A stretch of 64,000 nucleotides of DNA, taken from the NCBI GenBank assembly GCA_964304625.1, contig OZ199839.1, positions 6,948,234-7,012,233 of the forward strand, in the 5' to 3' direction. This document shows, piece by piece, positions 26,901-40,526 of the stretch. The notes under the pieces were generated by a model. The model was not told where the DNA came from. It saw only the letters and a list, made by a program, of their open reading frames with translations, and searched no databases. The translations under genes were made by a program, and so were the position numbers. The first letter of the stretch is position 1. Each line of letters opens with the position of its first letter. Source of the DNA: Kudoa neothunni. Lineage: Eukaryota > Animalia > Cnidaria.

Positions 26901-28885
26901 CATACATTTTAATTAAATGTTCTTTAGTTTTAATACAGAGAAACCCTCTTATAAAATGCCGCCGAAATAATTAGATTGACGATAATATTCAATGATAGTG
27001 AATTTTTTTCTCGTATATTTGTTGTATATAGGTTAATGGTACAATTTCTAATTCATCATAATGTAAATTATTAAAAACGAAATTAAAATATTATTTGAAA
27101 TAATCTGAAAAATTTAAATGTATATTTTTTTATTTCCTCCTACATTAAATACACTAATAATTAAAAAGATAGTTTAATTAATTATAGAAAAACGCATAGA
27201 TGACTAATTAGATAATTTTCTCCAGATTTTTCTGAAATATATCTCCATGGTTTCAAAGGTAAATATTTGGATTTTCGAGTCCATACTTAATGGGAGGCTC
27301 CCGAAGTGGAAAAATTCCCCCAGCCGTCAGTAATTGGAGCTCTTCCGATCAATCGGTGCCGACCCCAGTCCTAATACATTTAAATTTGAAAATTTAGTAG
27401 ACACGCAACAGTGTGATAATCTTTAACACTTAATTCATTCAAAGTGTACAGAGAAATACGAATATTTCAAACTTAAGCATAATCGGATTATAAAAATTAA
27501 TTGATGTGAAAAATATTTGAATACGTCGAAATTAATCGAAACCCCCTCTAAAACTAAAACCTAATGATAGATTTCCTTGAATTTTTCGGAAAATTAATTC
27601 AAAAATTTAGTATCACTCGTGAAAATGCTTGATCAAGGTCGTAAAATTAACTTAAGGATTCACTGATGTAAAAGCTAGCGTATATGAAGTATATGAAATA
27701 CATGAAACTGTATTGACGGCGGATTCGTTGATACGAGAATCCAAACTGTAATCGTAATTGTCCATGTTATCTTCGGCGTAAATATCGTTGTAATTGGAGG
27801 GATATTCGTCATCGTCTTCAATTTCATTAATAACTCCGGTGCCGAAGGCCTTAGCAAATTGGATATCAACAACTAGACAGCAATATCAATAGAATCACTT
27901 GACCACGAATGCCGAGTTTTTCGGTTCCAGTGGGTTTGAAATCACTTTTTTTCAAATCCAACGCACTAAGTCCTCGAATGGGCACATATCCCAACCCATG
28001 AACATTTGTCCTAATTTCGGGCATTTTAATATGGGTGTCTTGAGGGAGAATAAAGATTTGGTTTGGATTAGCATTATTGTTTTTCATCAAGTGTGGTGGC
28101 AAAGCGCATCCATACGTTTTCTAAAGAAAAATAAAAATACAGCTCCTCCCTCTGTTGAATCTTACAGTTACTGTGGGTTGAACAGATTTCATTTCACCAA
28201 CTCCACGACCTTCTTTCCATCCAATTCCTCTTAAAAGTTTCACACCAACTGAATCATCTTGAATGATTTTATTGTCATCAAAGGAGGCGGAATTATCTCC
28301 GTCTCCCAACAATGATGCGATTGAATCGGCGCCATGAAAAGACACAACTGATTGCTTGGCAGTTGACTCCCCGCCACTTATAGCAGAAGTGTAACCATCT
28401 TTTGGCACTAATTTACGAGGGGCAATGCCATATTCGGCAAGATCCTCTTCATCCATAAAATCTTCCGGTTTAGCAGACGCACATCTTGATTGGTCTCCTC
28501 TAGTGGAACGAAATGTTGAAGGTGTCCAACCTTCTTCAGAGCCGCAAGTGTTAAAGTACCCAGCCGAAAATCCGCCTAAAATAGATCAAAGAATAGATTA
28601 AAAAATAAATTTAAAAATTGATCAAAATAAATTAAAATCGATCCTGGATCACAATTTACAATGTGATAATAAAAGCTGTTGAAAACAATAAAATTTACCC
28701 GTGTATGCACCATGAAAACGCCGTCTACCCTGCGAATCTCTTACAGTCATCTCTTCCACGGCGATAGGTCTTTTCCTTGTGAGTGCCTCATCACGCTCAA
28801 GATCAAACCCAGTTCCTATCGTGATGTATTCGGACACACTCAAGGGAGTCTTTTTTTCGTGATAGTAATAACTGGTGGAGGTCAT
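23938..28885 (-). CDS. GPATCH1: G-patch domain-containing protein 1, with an intron of about 2.7 kb (about 24959-27700)
   Basis: [46 protein letters not shown], G-patch VGVKLLRGIGWKEGRGVG, HGLGY, GIRGQAFG, WIPEKILCKRFNVP, RPSIDLFKAIF, then stop at 23938. Confidence 0.93.
26515..27368. mobile_element. hAT-type MITE in the GPATCH1 long intron
   Basis: Left CAGGGGTCGGCAACC, right GGTGCCGACCCCAG (typical hAT TIR). The 8-bp flanks TACTGATG / TCCTAATA match at 5/8 positions, consistent with a decayed TSD. Confidence 0.7.
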
Positions 28886-28979
28886 AGAATAGTAGGGACG
28901 ACCATTACCGACCAATAGGGATCGTACATTTAAGATTTGTGGAGGCACTCGCGACTCGCACACGCGTTCCAACTACAAA
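28886..28979. promoter_or_regulatory. 94-bp bidirectional promoter/5'UTR region between GPATCH1 and TIMM8
   Basis: Divergent ATGs at 28885 and 28980. The spacer is CpG-rich and contains CCAAT and CTCGCACACGC. Confidence 0.6.
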
Positions 28980-29213
28980 ATGTCCTCCGACAAGGAAATC
29001 GAACAACAAGCTCTTCAGATGGAGTTGGCTATTGCTCACACCCGAGAGATCACAAAATTGACCAGACGTTGTTGGGATCATTGTGCATTGAAAGTTAGTG
29101 ATAAGTTGGATGCTCGATCTGAAACATGTTTCACGCGATGTGTTGATCGTTTCCTTGAATCGTCTCAAATCATTCTGTCAGCTTTTCAGTCAGATATGCC
29201 AAATAAAATTTAA
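28980..29213 (+). CDS. TIMM8: Mitochondrial intermembrane-space small Tim chaperone, Tim8-type
   Basis: 77 aa, intronless, twin CX3C (CWDHC..CFTRCVDRF) with KLDARSETC, typical of Tim8. Confidence 0.88.
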   Translation: MSSDKEIEQQALQMELAIAHTREITKLTRRCWDHCALKVSDKLDARSETCFTRCVDRFLESSQIILSAFQSDMPNKI

Positions 29214-32200
29214 ATCTATGCAACTTCATCTCATTTATCTCATTCATCTGTTTCTGATTTGATCTACCGATTCCCTACCTTGTCATGAGCTTATTTTTGG
29301 GAGGTGTTTTGTAGTGGCAGATTATCTGATAAAACAGTTGTTTTTATCTATATACATATGCTTGTATTGTTGATACATTTGTTTCTTCTGTTTTTGATTT
29401 TTATGGCTAATTGTTTTTTTGGTATTAATCTATTGGGATTTTTTACCTATTTAAAATTAAATATCGCATATCACATGGTTGTTTTTGAAATTTGTTTGAG
29501 CCAAGTTTTGTGCTTATATTCCAATTAAGTATACTTTTTAAGAATAGTGAAGTTTTTCTGATTATTCTATGTGGGAAATTTTAATTATAAAAAAGGTTAT
29601 TCTTATTGAATTTGTAAGTTTTAATCATTATAGTTCGCGCCTGCGCTGTGAACCCCAAAATTTTGGGGTTATTTATAAGCTCTCTGCTCAACTCATTTGC
29701 TTAAGTCTATTAAATTTAACGAGATAATGCAGACTACGAGTAAATTTTAATTTTTTGTAGTAGATGCAGGTTTGAAAATTTTCCATTACGATGAGGCGTA
29801 TAAATATAAAGGATTTTAACAATATTTGGTCATAATTTTGAACTGTTATGAATAATTATGAATGATAGGTAAGCTAATATAGATTTAGATATATTTAATC
29901 GGTGAAGATAAGAAGCTGTGTCCTGAGGACTTTCATTTTATATCTTAAAGTTTATATATTCGATAAAACAAGATAGCACAATGGAATATATTAAATGAAT
30001 TAAAATATTTGATTATTATTGACCCCGTTAGTTAGTCGCCGTGTATTTATTCGCTAAAAGCAATGATTCTTAATAAAATTTATAAATTGTCTGTAATCAT
30101 CAGTATAATTTATATTATAATCCGATCGCAATGATAAATATGAATTCGGCGTAGTTCTGACATGATTAATCAAATTATTATTGTATGCGATTATAATTGA
30201 AGGTTTGATAAAACTATAAGAATTTATCGCAAAATATTTAGAATGTTTATGGCATTGCTAAATCATTCTCTTTGTAGAAATTTTAGTGTTAAATTATGTT
30301 TTATTTGTAATGTCCATAATATACTGATTTATCCTTATTATTTAAAGTATTTAAAGTGGAGTATTTAAATATTGACTTATATCTCTCAAAAATTCTATAT
30401 ATCAATATAACGAAACTTTTAGAAAAGGCACGTGATGTAAATTTATTAGGAGGATATTCCGAGTTAAACGGCATCATTATTCATATTTTACAGTCATATG
30501 ACCTACTACAGTTAATTCCACAGATATATTTTGCAAAAATGGGGTAGAAATGCATACATATTGATTAAAATTCTGCGACAAACCAAAATAATCCTATTAT
30601 TAAAGATTTTAATCCTCCTTGGAAAATCGAAATCCAGTAAAATATAATTTACTAATAAGATAATAAAATAATTATAATGTTAAAATGAATAGAAAAATAA
30701 TTAGTTCCTATAATAATTAAAACCCACATAAAAACAATATCTAAGTAACTTAATTTTTCACATTAAAATTATCCATAGACACACATGGACAGAACAAAGA
30801 TTCAATGTATATTATGAAACTGAAAAATGTGATCTTAATATTACAAGTTCTTAAAATCAATGGTTGACATATGATATTCTACAAATAGATATATCAACAA
30901 TTACATATAAATTGTGCATATGATAATTAAACCATGGAAAAGCTCGATAATTATCATTTTTCGCACACACATCGTCAATCCGATCCATCTCTAGTTAAGC
31001 AGAACGAATAACTTTTTGAGGCGTTAAACTTTTAATAAATAAGTACTTATTACCTTTATGATAATCGCATGTTTCTAAAATGCTTTTTATAAGAAGAAAC
31101 TGCTTCTGTGATTGTGTAATGGTTGACTGTTAGCTGCATACATAGAGGCCATATTATTAAAAGCTACGATATATATCGAACTAGGAATACTAAACGGTTG
31201 ATTACTAATAATCACCTTGGTAACATTGACAGTATAGTCAATTCTTTTATGTGTATATTGCAATAACGCTTTCAATTAATCGACTATTTTTCTGCGTTAA
31301 ACTAAATTTTTATTATACTGTTCTTCAAAATAATTTTATCTACTATTTATGTAATTAATTTTTCATTTCATAACAAATTTATGAATAAAAGTTGTGTATA
31401 AAATACAATGTTTATATTGTCATATTTAAAAACATTATTAAAATCTTCTATTCTTCATTTTCTTATTTATTTTTTGTTAAAGCTAGTAAATCCCACTGAT
31501 TACCTTGAAGGGATGTTTTTTAAATAATATTAAAGTCTTTAAAATGGAAAAGTTTAGGAAAAATAATTTACAAAAAAAACATCACTTTAATTTTGAAAGA
31601 AAGTGTGCAATATTTTTGTATTAATCTCAGATTAATTGTGAAAAAAAATTATAAACTAAAAAAAGTTCTGTTCTTTATAAATATTGAGTATATTATAACA
31701 AAAAATTATTTTCAGAAGAATTAATGACATATTTAAAATTGAAATTATTGCTCGACCGGATGTGCGACAATAATATGCAATTTGAGAACAAGGTACAATC
31801 AGAATTTAATGTGATCCTTTAGATTTACGTTTATTTTACCTTAACTCAGAGGATACAACTAATAATTTGTATATAAATTGCGTTATTTCAATTTATTTTA
31901 TTAAAACGCGCACACCTTAAATTACTTCTCTTTATGATAATTTTTATTCAAAAGAACGATAACAAATATTTATTTTTAGAAAGAATGATTTCCACACATA
32001 TTTTTTATATATACATGTCATGAGGTATATTTTCGTTAATCTCCTTTGATTAACCTCAAGTTAGATTTTGAATAAAAATTCTATTTTGCCTTAAAGTTAG
32101 ACTATTTTTAAATAATACACATTATTATTATTATTAACACAACCTATAATAGGGATAATTCAATATCAGAACTGAATTTATAATAATGTCTCGTATATCT

Positions 32201-33165
32201 GCCATAAGCCTTTGAATGGATATTCACGTTCAAATTTAATTTACTGTACATAATATTCGCACTTTTCTAAAAATTCATACTAAGAGCTTCAAAAATTTAT
32301 ATCTAAAAAGCTGCAAGTAATTAAAATCACCTATATTAAAATTCGTTCATTGAATATGTTATAAAAATCATTCTGATGGCATTAGTTTGAGTTATTCATT
32401 TTCTAGATAACCCACTTGATTGCAAATTAATAACTGTCTAAAATTTTTCTAAAATTTTAATAAGAAAATTATAAAATATAATAAACACAATTTAATATCA
32501 TACAAAATTTTGACCCGATGAACTTATAATTCTATTTCTACATATGCATCAACCATACTGGTATATGATGCGATAATTCTGCATTATAAGGTTGAATACC
32601 CAAGCTTTTTACTTAAGAGTCCGTTATGAACATAATCGTGGCTACGCCGACATAAAACCCAGTCTTCTTGCTGGGTTGTACTTGTTTGTACCTCGCATGA
32701 CTTAAACCACATAAATCCTGTTTTATTTTATAATGATTATGCGAGTCAATTATATTTTTATTTTATGTTGGAAATAATTAACAAAAGTCAAAACTAAACA
32801 CGTAAGGTTACAAAGGATTAAATTTGCAAATATTAATACGCTATTTCTTTCAAAATATACCATCTATATATCCTTAATTACAACGCAAAATAAAAATGAT
32901 AACAAAATTATTATATAATTCCTGTAAATCCTATTTAAACATTCAACTGAAGAATTATTTATTTTTGTATTAATATTTTTTTAATTTTCGTGCATCCACT
33001 AATATCTATAAAAAAATATGTGGTAATAAAATTATATATATATATATATCAAATTAGACATATTATTAATTAATTTTAAAAATTTATGAAAAATTAAAAT
33101 GCACAAGATCGATCAGATCGTTTCTCGAATTTATGTCAATCACGCGCACGCATTGTTTGATTAAC

Positions 33166-34570
33166 ATGAAAAAGGCTCTCGTTCTTCACTCCGATTTTGG
33201 TATAGGTGGGGCAGAGAGACTGATGTTAGATGTGGGACTCACTCTGCGAAATTTGGGTTACCAAGTTTATTATTACACCAACTATTTCAATCGAAAACGT
33301 TGTTTCGACGAATTTACTACCGAAAACCTCAATGTTGTTTCATATTTTAGTTGGATTCCAATGAGTGTATTTGGGAGATTTCACATTTTAATATCTTTAT
33401 TGAAAATGTTTATGCTCAGTTGGTGTGTTATATTGACGGACCTGTTTGTCGATAGAGCAAATAAATACGATCTGGTGATAACTGATGGCGCTGGTTATAT
33501 CAGTGTACCCCTACTTAAGCTGTTCGGTTATAAAGTTCTTTTCTACTGTCATTTTCCCGATCAACTCCTAGTTACCAACAAAAGTTGGTTGTCACGGTTG
33601 TATAGGATTCCCTTTGATTTTGTCGAAGAAAAATCCACAGGTAATGATAAATTTGTTAGTGCCGAGGAAATTTTGGCTATATTAAAAACTCAATGTAATT
33701 ATTATTATTATTATTATCGGCTTTAGCTTGTGCCGATGTGATTGCTGTCAATAGCAACTTTACCAAAAACGTCGTCACTAAACAATTTCCCTCAATAAAT
33801 ACTATCTACAAAACCAATCCCAATTTTATTCAAATCGTGTATCCATGTGTGGATACTTCAAGGTAGAGGTGACGCTAGGATCTCAACCAAGAATTTTGAA
33901 TCTTTGATTTAGATCCCTACCAAAAAGTACCCGTACCCAAGACAACGCTATCAGCGACACTCTTGATACCACCCACAAATTCCGATACTTGTTCATATGT
34001 TTAAATAGATTTGAAAGGAAAAAAAAATTGTCTATCGCGATTCAAGCATTTCATCAATTAAAACTGCTGTCACTTGAAAACAACAAACAACACTTATTCG
34101 ATAATAGCTTGTTGGTTGTTATGGGAGGTTATGATGAAAGAGTGTTTGAAAATGTGTCTTACGAAAGAGAACTCAATTCGCTTGTGGCATCGCTTGATAT
34201 GCACCGCAATGTGAGGTTTCTACGTTCTCCATCCGACCAACTGAAAACAAAATTGTTTTCTATCGCCACAGCTGTACTTTATACGCCCTCTAATGAACAC
34301 TTCGGAATAGTACCCATAGAATCAATGGCCTCAGGTTGTCCGGTAATTGCGGTCAATTCTGGAGGTCCCCTAGAAACAATTATCCATGGTCAAACTGGTT
34401 ATCTATGTAAGAATACTCCCGCCGAATTTGCGAACATGATGTACGCTATTGTTAGCGATCCAGATTTGGCGGAAACCTTTGGTAAAAATGGCGTCGATCA
34501 TATTCGCAAAAACTTTTCTATTCAAAACTTTCATAAAGTTATCTCCAACCTAATTTCTTCCATTTCTTAA
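33166..34570 (+). CDS. ALG2: Alpha-1,3/1,6-mannosyltransferase ALG2 (3 exons)
   Basis: LHSDFGIGGAERL, LFYCHFPDQLL, LYRIPFDFVEE, VNSNFT, LNRFERKK, GGYDERVFEN, LYTPSNEHFGIVPIESM, VIAVNSGGPLET. An in-frame upstream ATG at 33133 is possible. Confidence 0.96.
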
Positions 34571-35220
34571 ACGATAATTTTGTTACTCTGTTGTTAATTT
34601 TTACTAATGCGCTTACATTCAAATATTTCATCATCTTCCAAATAAATGTATTGGATTAAAACCTAAGACAGGATTTTTAGAATTGGAAAATTAGGAGATA
34701 ATGTAAAAAATAGCCAGAGATTGATTAGTCGATTTATGAAGATATTTTTCTCATTTTCTTCCTGCTGGATTAAAGAATATTTATCAGATAACTAACGTAG
34801 ACAAAATTAATATTATTAGACATATTTTTAATCATATAATATTTCAAACGATTCTGGGGGTTCAAAAATTCCCAAAACACAATATTTACAGTCGATTTTA
34901 TTTTTTGGAGGTTGATGTTCATTTGAATGAATAAAAGAAAAAAGTTTAATTTCCGTGGCGCTCTATTTTGAATATCTTCTCCCAAATAATTATAAGACGT
35001 TATAGTACTCTTTATCAAGGAAACAATTAGAAATAAATTCATTTTAAACAATGTAACTTATGTTTTGGCATAATTGTAATATATCCCGTAAGAGATTAAT
35101 TATTTAAATATAAATTGCTATAGTTTAGAAATATTCATATATATATATATATATATATATGTATATTTGGAAGTTGAGTAATTAATTTAAATAAGTGCTA
35201 TAGGGATTTTTGTTGCGTGT

Positions 35221-36845
35221 TCTATATATAAAGTTCTTATGTCTGTGAGTGTGTGTTTGCAGCGACACGCGTGCGCGATGATAAATTTGTTTTAAATACA
35301 ACTTTTAATATGCATCTGAATATACGAAATCATTTAAAAAATCGTTAATTCACTTAAAACTACTAATATAATAAATATCGTTATCAGACAACGAATTTCC
35401 TGATTGTCTACTCAAACAAGAGATTAAAATGTACCTGCGAAATGTTAAGTATGTCGTTAGAAATAATTTCAATACAGATAACGCCGCTACCGCGATATTT
35501 ACGATAGTCGCAACATTTCTCTTAAAATTTGGATCAAATAAAAAATTTTTAAAATATGGATTCACTTATCAAAATTTAAGGATACATTTTAAATAAACAT
35601 AATTTGAGATTATAAATTGTTAGCATCGAGGAATAATTTTGGATTCTATACGCATTTTAAAAACGATATAAGATGTGTGTAAAGTTTTAAAATAATTAAA
35701 TTTTTTTTATAACTTTTCGAGTCAAGATTATACTTTATCAGAATGCTTGAGACGTGAAAATTTCTTGTGAAACAACTCGCATAATTACTTCAGTAATTGT
35801 TTATATTTGATTAAATTACTTTTAAAGTAAAATTTAACCTCTTACAAATCTAATTATTCTTTACTCTAAGGCTTTACCGTTAATATTCAAATAAATATTA
35901 AGTTTTCTTTAGGCGAAAAATAATTCAATATGATATAAAAATTGCATAAAAATGCTTTTTAGCTCATGATATAGATATTTTAAAAATTTATATTTATGAT
36001 TTCTGTTGCACATAATACAGCCTGCTTACGTCACGTGATACGTTACTTAATTAGAAATTATTGATTTATTCTACTTAATCGATATTGTCACCAAGTTTCC
36101 GTTAATCTGAGAATAGTTCAACAAACAAAGTATTCTTAGACAGATAAATACCATTTTTGAATTTAAAAAGGAGAACTTTTTAAAGAAAAATAATTGTCAT
36201 TTAAACATTCCTGTAATTTTTCAAACCAATAACACTTCTTCGTGTTATATTTAATAATATTTTGTTAATTAACTTTATTTTTTTTTCAGCTAGTAAATAT
36301 TTCTTTATAAAATAAAGGATATATTTATATAAAATTCTAAAAAATAACGTTAAAATTGCGAATGTATCATTTTCCGTCAACATATTTTTACAACCTGATT
36401 AACATTTTTCGTAAAATTATAAGATTGCAGTAATAAGTAATATTTTTTTTCTTATCATTCGTAGACTAATCGTAAATTTTATGAACAGTTGGTTTAATTT
36501 TTATCGCAACATTTTGAAAAGAATAGAAAATCCTATTGAAAGTTACTTCATAGTTTTATTTAATAAATAAATTCTAATCGTTAATTAGATTTGTCGAAAG
36601 ATTAAATTTATTTTATTTGTGGTCGGTAATTTGTAAAATATAGTCCAAAATATCCATTCGATTTCTCTTAATACCTCTATATTTGAATGGGAAGTGCATG
36701 CATATTTATGTTTTTCTAAATCATTACAATTCAAAAATAATAAAAACCTTTAAAATTCATAAACTAAAATAGAAAATCAAAATGAAAACTGTAAGTTTAA
36801 ATTTTCCGTCACACACTACCAGGCAAAGCTGGGTATTCGCTCTAA
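35221..36845 (+). mobile_element. Non-autonomous Helitron-like element (same terminal family)
   Basis: 5' TCTATATATAAAG..TGTGTGT..GCAGCG..CGCGTGCGCG. 3' hairpin CCAGGCAAAGCTGGG followed by CTAA|T. Pairing of these two ends is inferred. Confidence 0.5.
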
Positions 36846-36965
36846 TGTATGTAATAAATCAAAATAAATTACATCAAATAACTAAAAAATAACTAAAAAA
36901 TAATTGATTAAATATATGATAATTTTTAATAATAATATGGATTATCCATATTTTATGGAGTAGGA

Positions 36966-39935
36966 TTAATCACGTTTCTTCTTCAACATAACCGCTCCAA
37001 CTATTACTATCACTAAAGCACCAACAGCTGCCGCGATAATAATTCTAAATATAATTTATGTAAACCAACAAAGATTGTAATTTTTACATAAGCTTTATAT
37101 TTCCACTAAAAATATATTGAGTTAAATTAGAATGTCATACTAACCATACCTTGAACTGCTTTTGGCACCTGAACAAAAAAAATAAAATTCATTAATTAAC
37201 TATTAATATACCTTGTTGTATATCTGCAGTACCGAAAACCGTTGAATCAGTCGCACTGTAAACCGTCAAGTAATAATTGTTTCCATCGGGTAAACCTCTT
37301 ATTGTGAACTCTTTACAAGTTCCGAATGAAGAACATCCATCTACTTCCGGTCCCATGCAAGACTTTATTATCGCCCTCGATTTAAGACTACTGTTTCGCA
37401 ATTCCCATTTACATTTTGATCTGTCGTCCATATTGGCTGGAAGTCCATTAGTTATAACGAAATTATCTCCATCACGTGTAATAGTGACTGTTATTACTTT
37501 AGAGGAGTCAGTGGGATTACCTTTCGGCGCACCTAATGAAATGTACAATTTTTACGACACATTCCTCACATATATAAAATTTAAAAGAGTTAGACATTTG
37601 TTACTTGGCTCCAAAGAATAAACTTTTTCCGAAGACTTTCCAATCGCTGTAACTAATAGTTTATATTCGTTTGTTGCATCATAACCAGTGAAAATGATGG
37701 ATCTGCACAGAGGATTAGATGAACATGTGTTTGATGGTATGCTATTAGTAAGGCCAGATAACCGTATTGATTTCCCCCCTGAGAGATATTGTGTTGATGA
37801 AATATTATCACCCGTCTGTGTAGATAACACAGTTCTAGCAATATTTGATTCTCTATAACTTGAACGTATCATTGAAGGCTTAGGTTGGGGGGCCGCTGGT
37901 GTTTTAGGAGTTGCCGTTACTTCTGGGCAAATGTAAACATCCGTGTAGTCATTCCCATTCTTCACTTTAACAGTATAACTGCATTTTGCATTGGGATCCC
38001 CTGCAGACAATTGAGCATTCGCAAACAAACCTTCCGGTTTGACCTTGTGAGATATGATCAATGTTGTTAAATCTAGTTAAAATTAATATATAAAAATATT
38101 AAATAAATTACCTGTTTTTACATTTTTATAATCTTTCATTTCATATTCTTTGTCTGCGATTACTCTGATATCATAAGATGTGTTCGGTTCAAGATCTTCT
38201 ATCGTTACTTGATCTCTACACAAACCTCTACATGGATTGCTGCTAGCACATTTGGCGGGATAGAAACTATCCTTTTCTACGGGACTCACCAAATATTCGC
38301 AAGTAGGCTCTGTTTTTCTATCACTTAAGGCATTTCCTCCAACAGCAGTAAGAGAGGCACTTTTATCATTCTTAGTTGGGAGAGTAGCTTGAAAATCGTT
38401 ACCAGACGTTTTTTCTACATGATTATAGATAAGTTTTTCATATTAAAAACTTACTTGTTCTTATAAATATTTGCTCTTTGAAAGTAGTTGGATTATTTAT
38501 TTCGTGTTCTTGAATTTCAATAATATAGGCCTTTCCTGAATCCAGAGCTTTTATAACCAACTTACTGCAATCAGTCTTGCATTTTTCACCTGAATCCATA
38601 CTGCCATCTTCACATTTAGTTTCCACGAGAGTTGTCATTGGCTTATCTGCCGGGTAATGTTTTAGGTTACACTTGGAAAATGCTGGAGTGTCAGTCGGTT
38701 TGAAGTGGGCCCCATTAAACGTAACACCTTTATGTGTGTAGACGGATAGTAAACCACCAGTTGGCTCTGTATTTGCTATATACAATAATAAAATCGGAAA
38801 ATATTATAAAAAAATTACCAAACTTAGTCTGAATGTAACCATCTGTGTCAGTACCAGTTGCTTTTATGTCGTGATGTCTTGTTTGGATTAATATTTTATA
38901 TATTCTTTTAGTATCAATACCATCCAAAACAATATCTTTACAGGGTGCATAACATCTCTTACTGGCATCGCCACAAATTGACTTGTACGGTGTAGATTCA
39001 CCCTCAGTCTGACCGTCTTTGAGGCTAAAGAGACATATCTCAGAAGATGGTGAATTTGTGAACTTTATTTCTACTTTGTTTCCTTCCTTTATGGCAGCAT
39101 AATATTGTGGTTTGTAAATCTCAATATTTTTTTTCATGTATTCATTTGGCATATTGTAAAAGTAACTTGGATAATTTTGGCACCTCATTTCATAATGAGG
39201 TAACAATAAGTCAAATTCAACTTCATTTTCCGAATTTGCTTCATCGCAATTGTTTCCCTTTGTTCCTGCTTTGTATTGAATGTCTTTATAATAAATGGGA
39301 CAATCTACTCGAGAGCATGATACAGTTGATAATTTCAGCTTTTTATTAGTAGATTCCGTAGATACAGTAACTTGAGGATTCACCAACAAGGCTAAACTTA
39401 ACTCATAAAAGTTTTTATTAATATGTAAATTTACGTATCGGATATCCAAACACTTTTCCTCCCTTTTTTTTCTCATCTTCTATCATATCTGTCACAACAG
39501 TTCCATGATATACATAGATGTATTTAGTTCTTGGGGTAAGCTTATCATAAGTTAATTGATTACTATTACTAATGCAATCAATAACACATTTATTATTGGC
39601 GCTAGCGTCCTTACCAGGACAATTATCAATATCTTTAAAATCCGCTGTTGTAGTAGCAGTTTGTGTGATTTCAGCTTCGTTAGATCTCATTATGCGGCAT
39701 TTCTTACCAGTACCATAATTTGTACCACTAAGAATTAGTTTCACTTTGTTTTTTCCATTATCATTAGTATCTTTAATAATTTGATAAGTTAGTTTTTCCG
39801 GAGTAGTTTGTTCACTGGCAGAATTAACACGACAGTTTTTTAAAACACAGACTAAATTTTATGTTTAATACGAATTAATTAATATCATTTACGTATAAAG
39901 TAGAGAAAGAAACCAATTTTAGCTATATTCATCAT
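36966..39935 (-). CDS. Orphan type I membrane protein: signal peptide, 6-7 four-Cys FN3-like repeats, TM helix, KKKRD tail
   Basis: Ten exons join in frame through GT-AG introns, including 19-nt (37150-37168) and 18-nt (37088-37105) micro-exons. Repeats end in FN3-like strands (IEDLEPNTSYDIRVIA, IRGLPDGNNYYLTVYS, YDKLTPRTKYIYV). TM segment IIIIAAAVGALVIVIVGAVML. Confidence 0.8.
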
Positions 39936-40526
39936 GACGATAATTCAACAATCAATAAATTGGATTATATTCTAACGAATAGTATTTATTATCGGAAACA
40001 ATTGTTAATTCAATTGTACATAAATGAAGTTATTTTCAAAACTTAGATCGTATAAAACTTTTATGGGATCGTTATAAACTAATTTCTCTAAAATATAATT
40101 CAAATAAAAATAGGACAACGTAGTTTAACATATCTATGGTAGTAAACTATAGAAATAAATTACTTTTTTAATAGAAAAAAGTTTGTAGGGATTAAATAAA
40201 TAATTTCATTCTAGCAATTAAAAATATCTTTTAATTGTGTAATTTTTGTCGTTTATACCATATATTAAAATCCCTTGTAAATCTAGACATTATTCAAATA
40301 GTTTACTGAAAAATTAAAAACTAGCACATGACGAGGACACAATATTTTTAAATTTTTTATAAAGTTGTCATTGCTTACTGAAAAAGAATACTAAATAATT
40401 TGAAATCGACTCCAGAGAGAGTTGTTTAATAGTTCTGTTTATAAATTCTTTTCTAAAAGTTATTTTAATTCAAATTATCAATGGAAAAATTACAAAATGT
40501 AATTAACTTAAAAACACAATCTTTAA

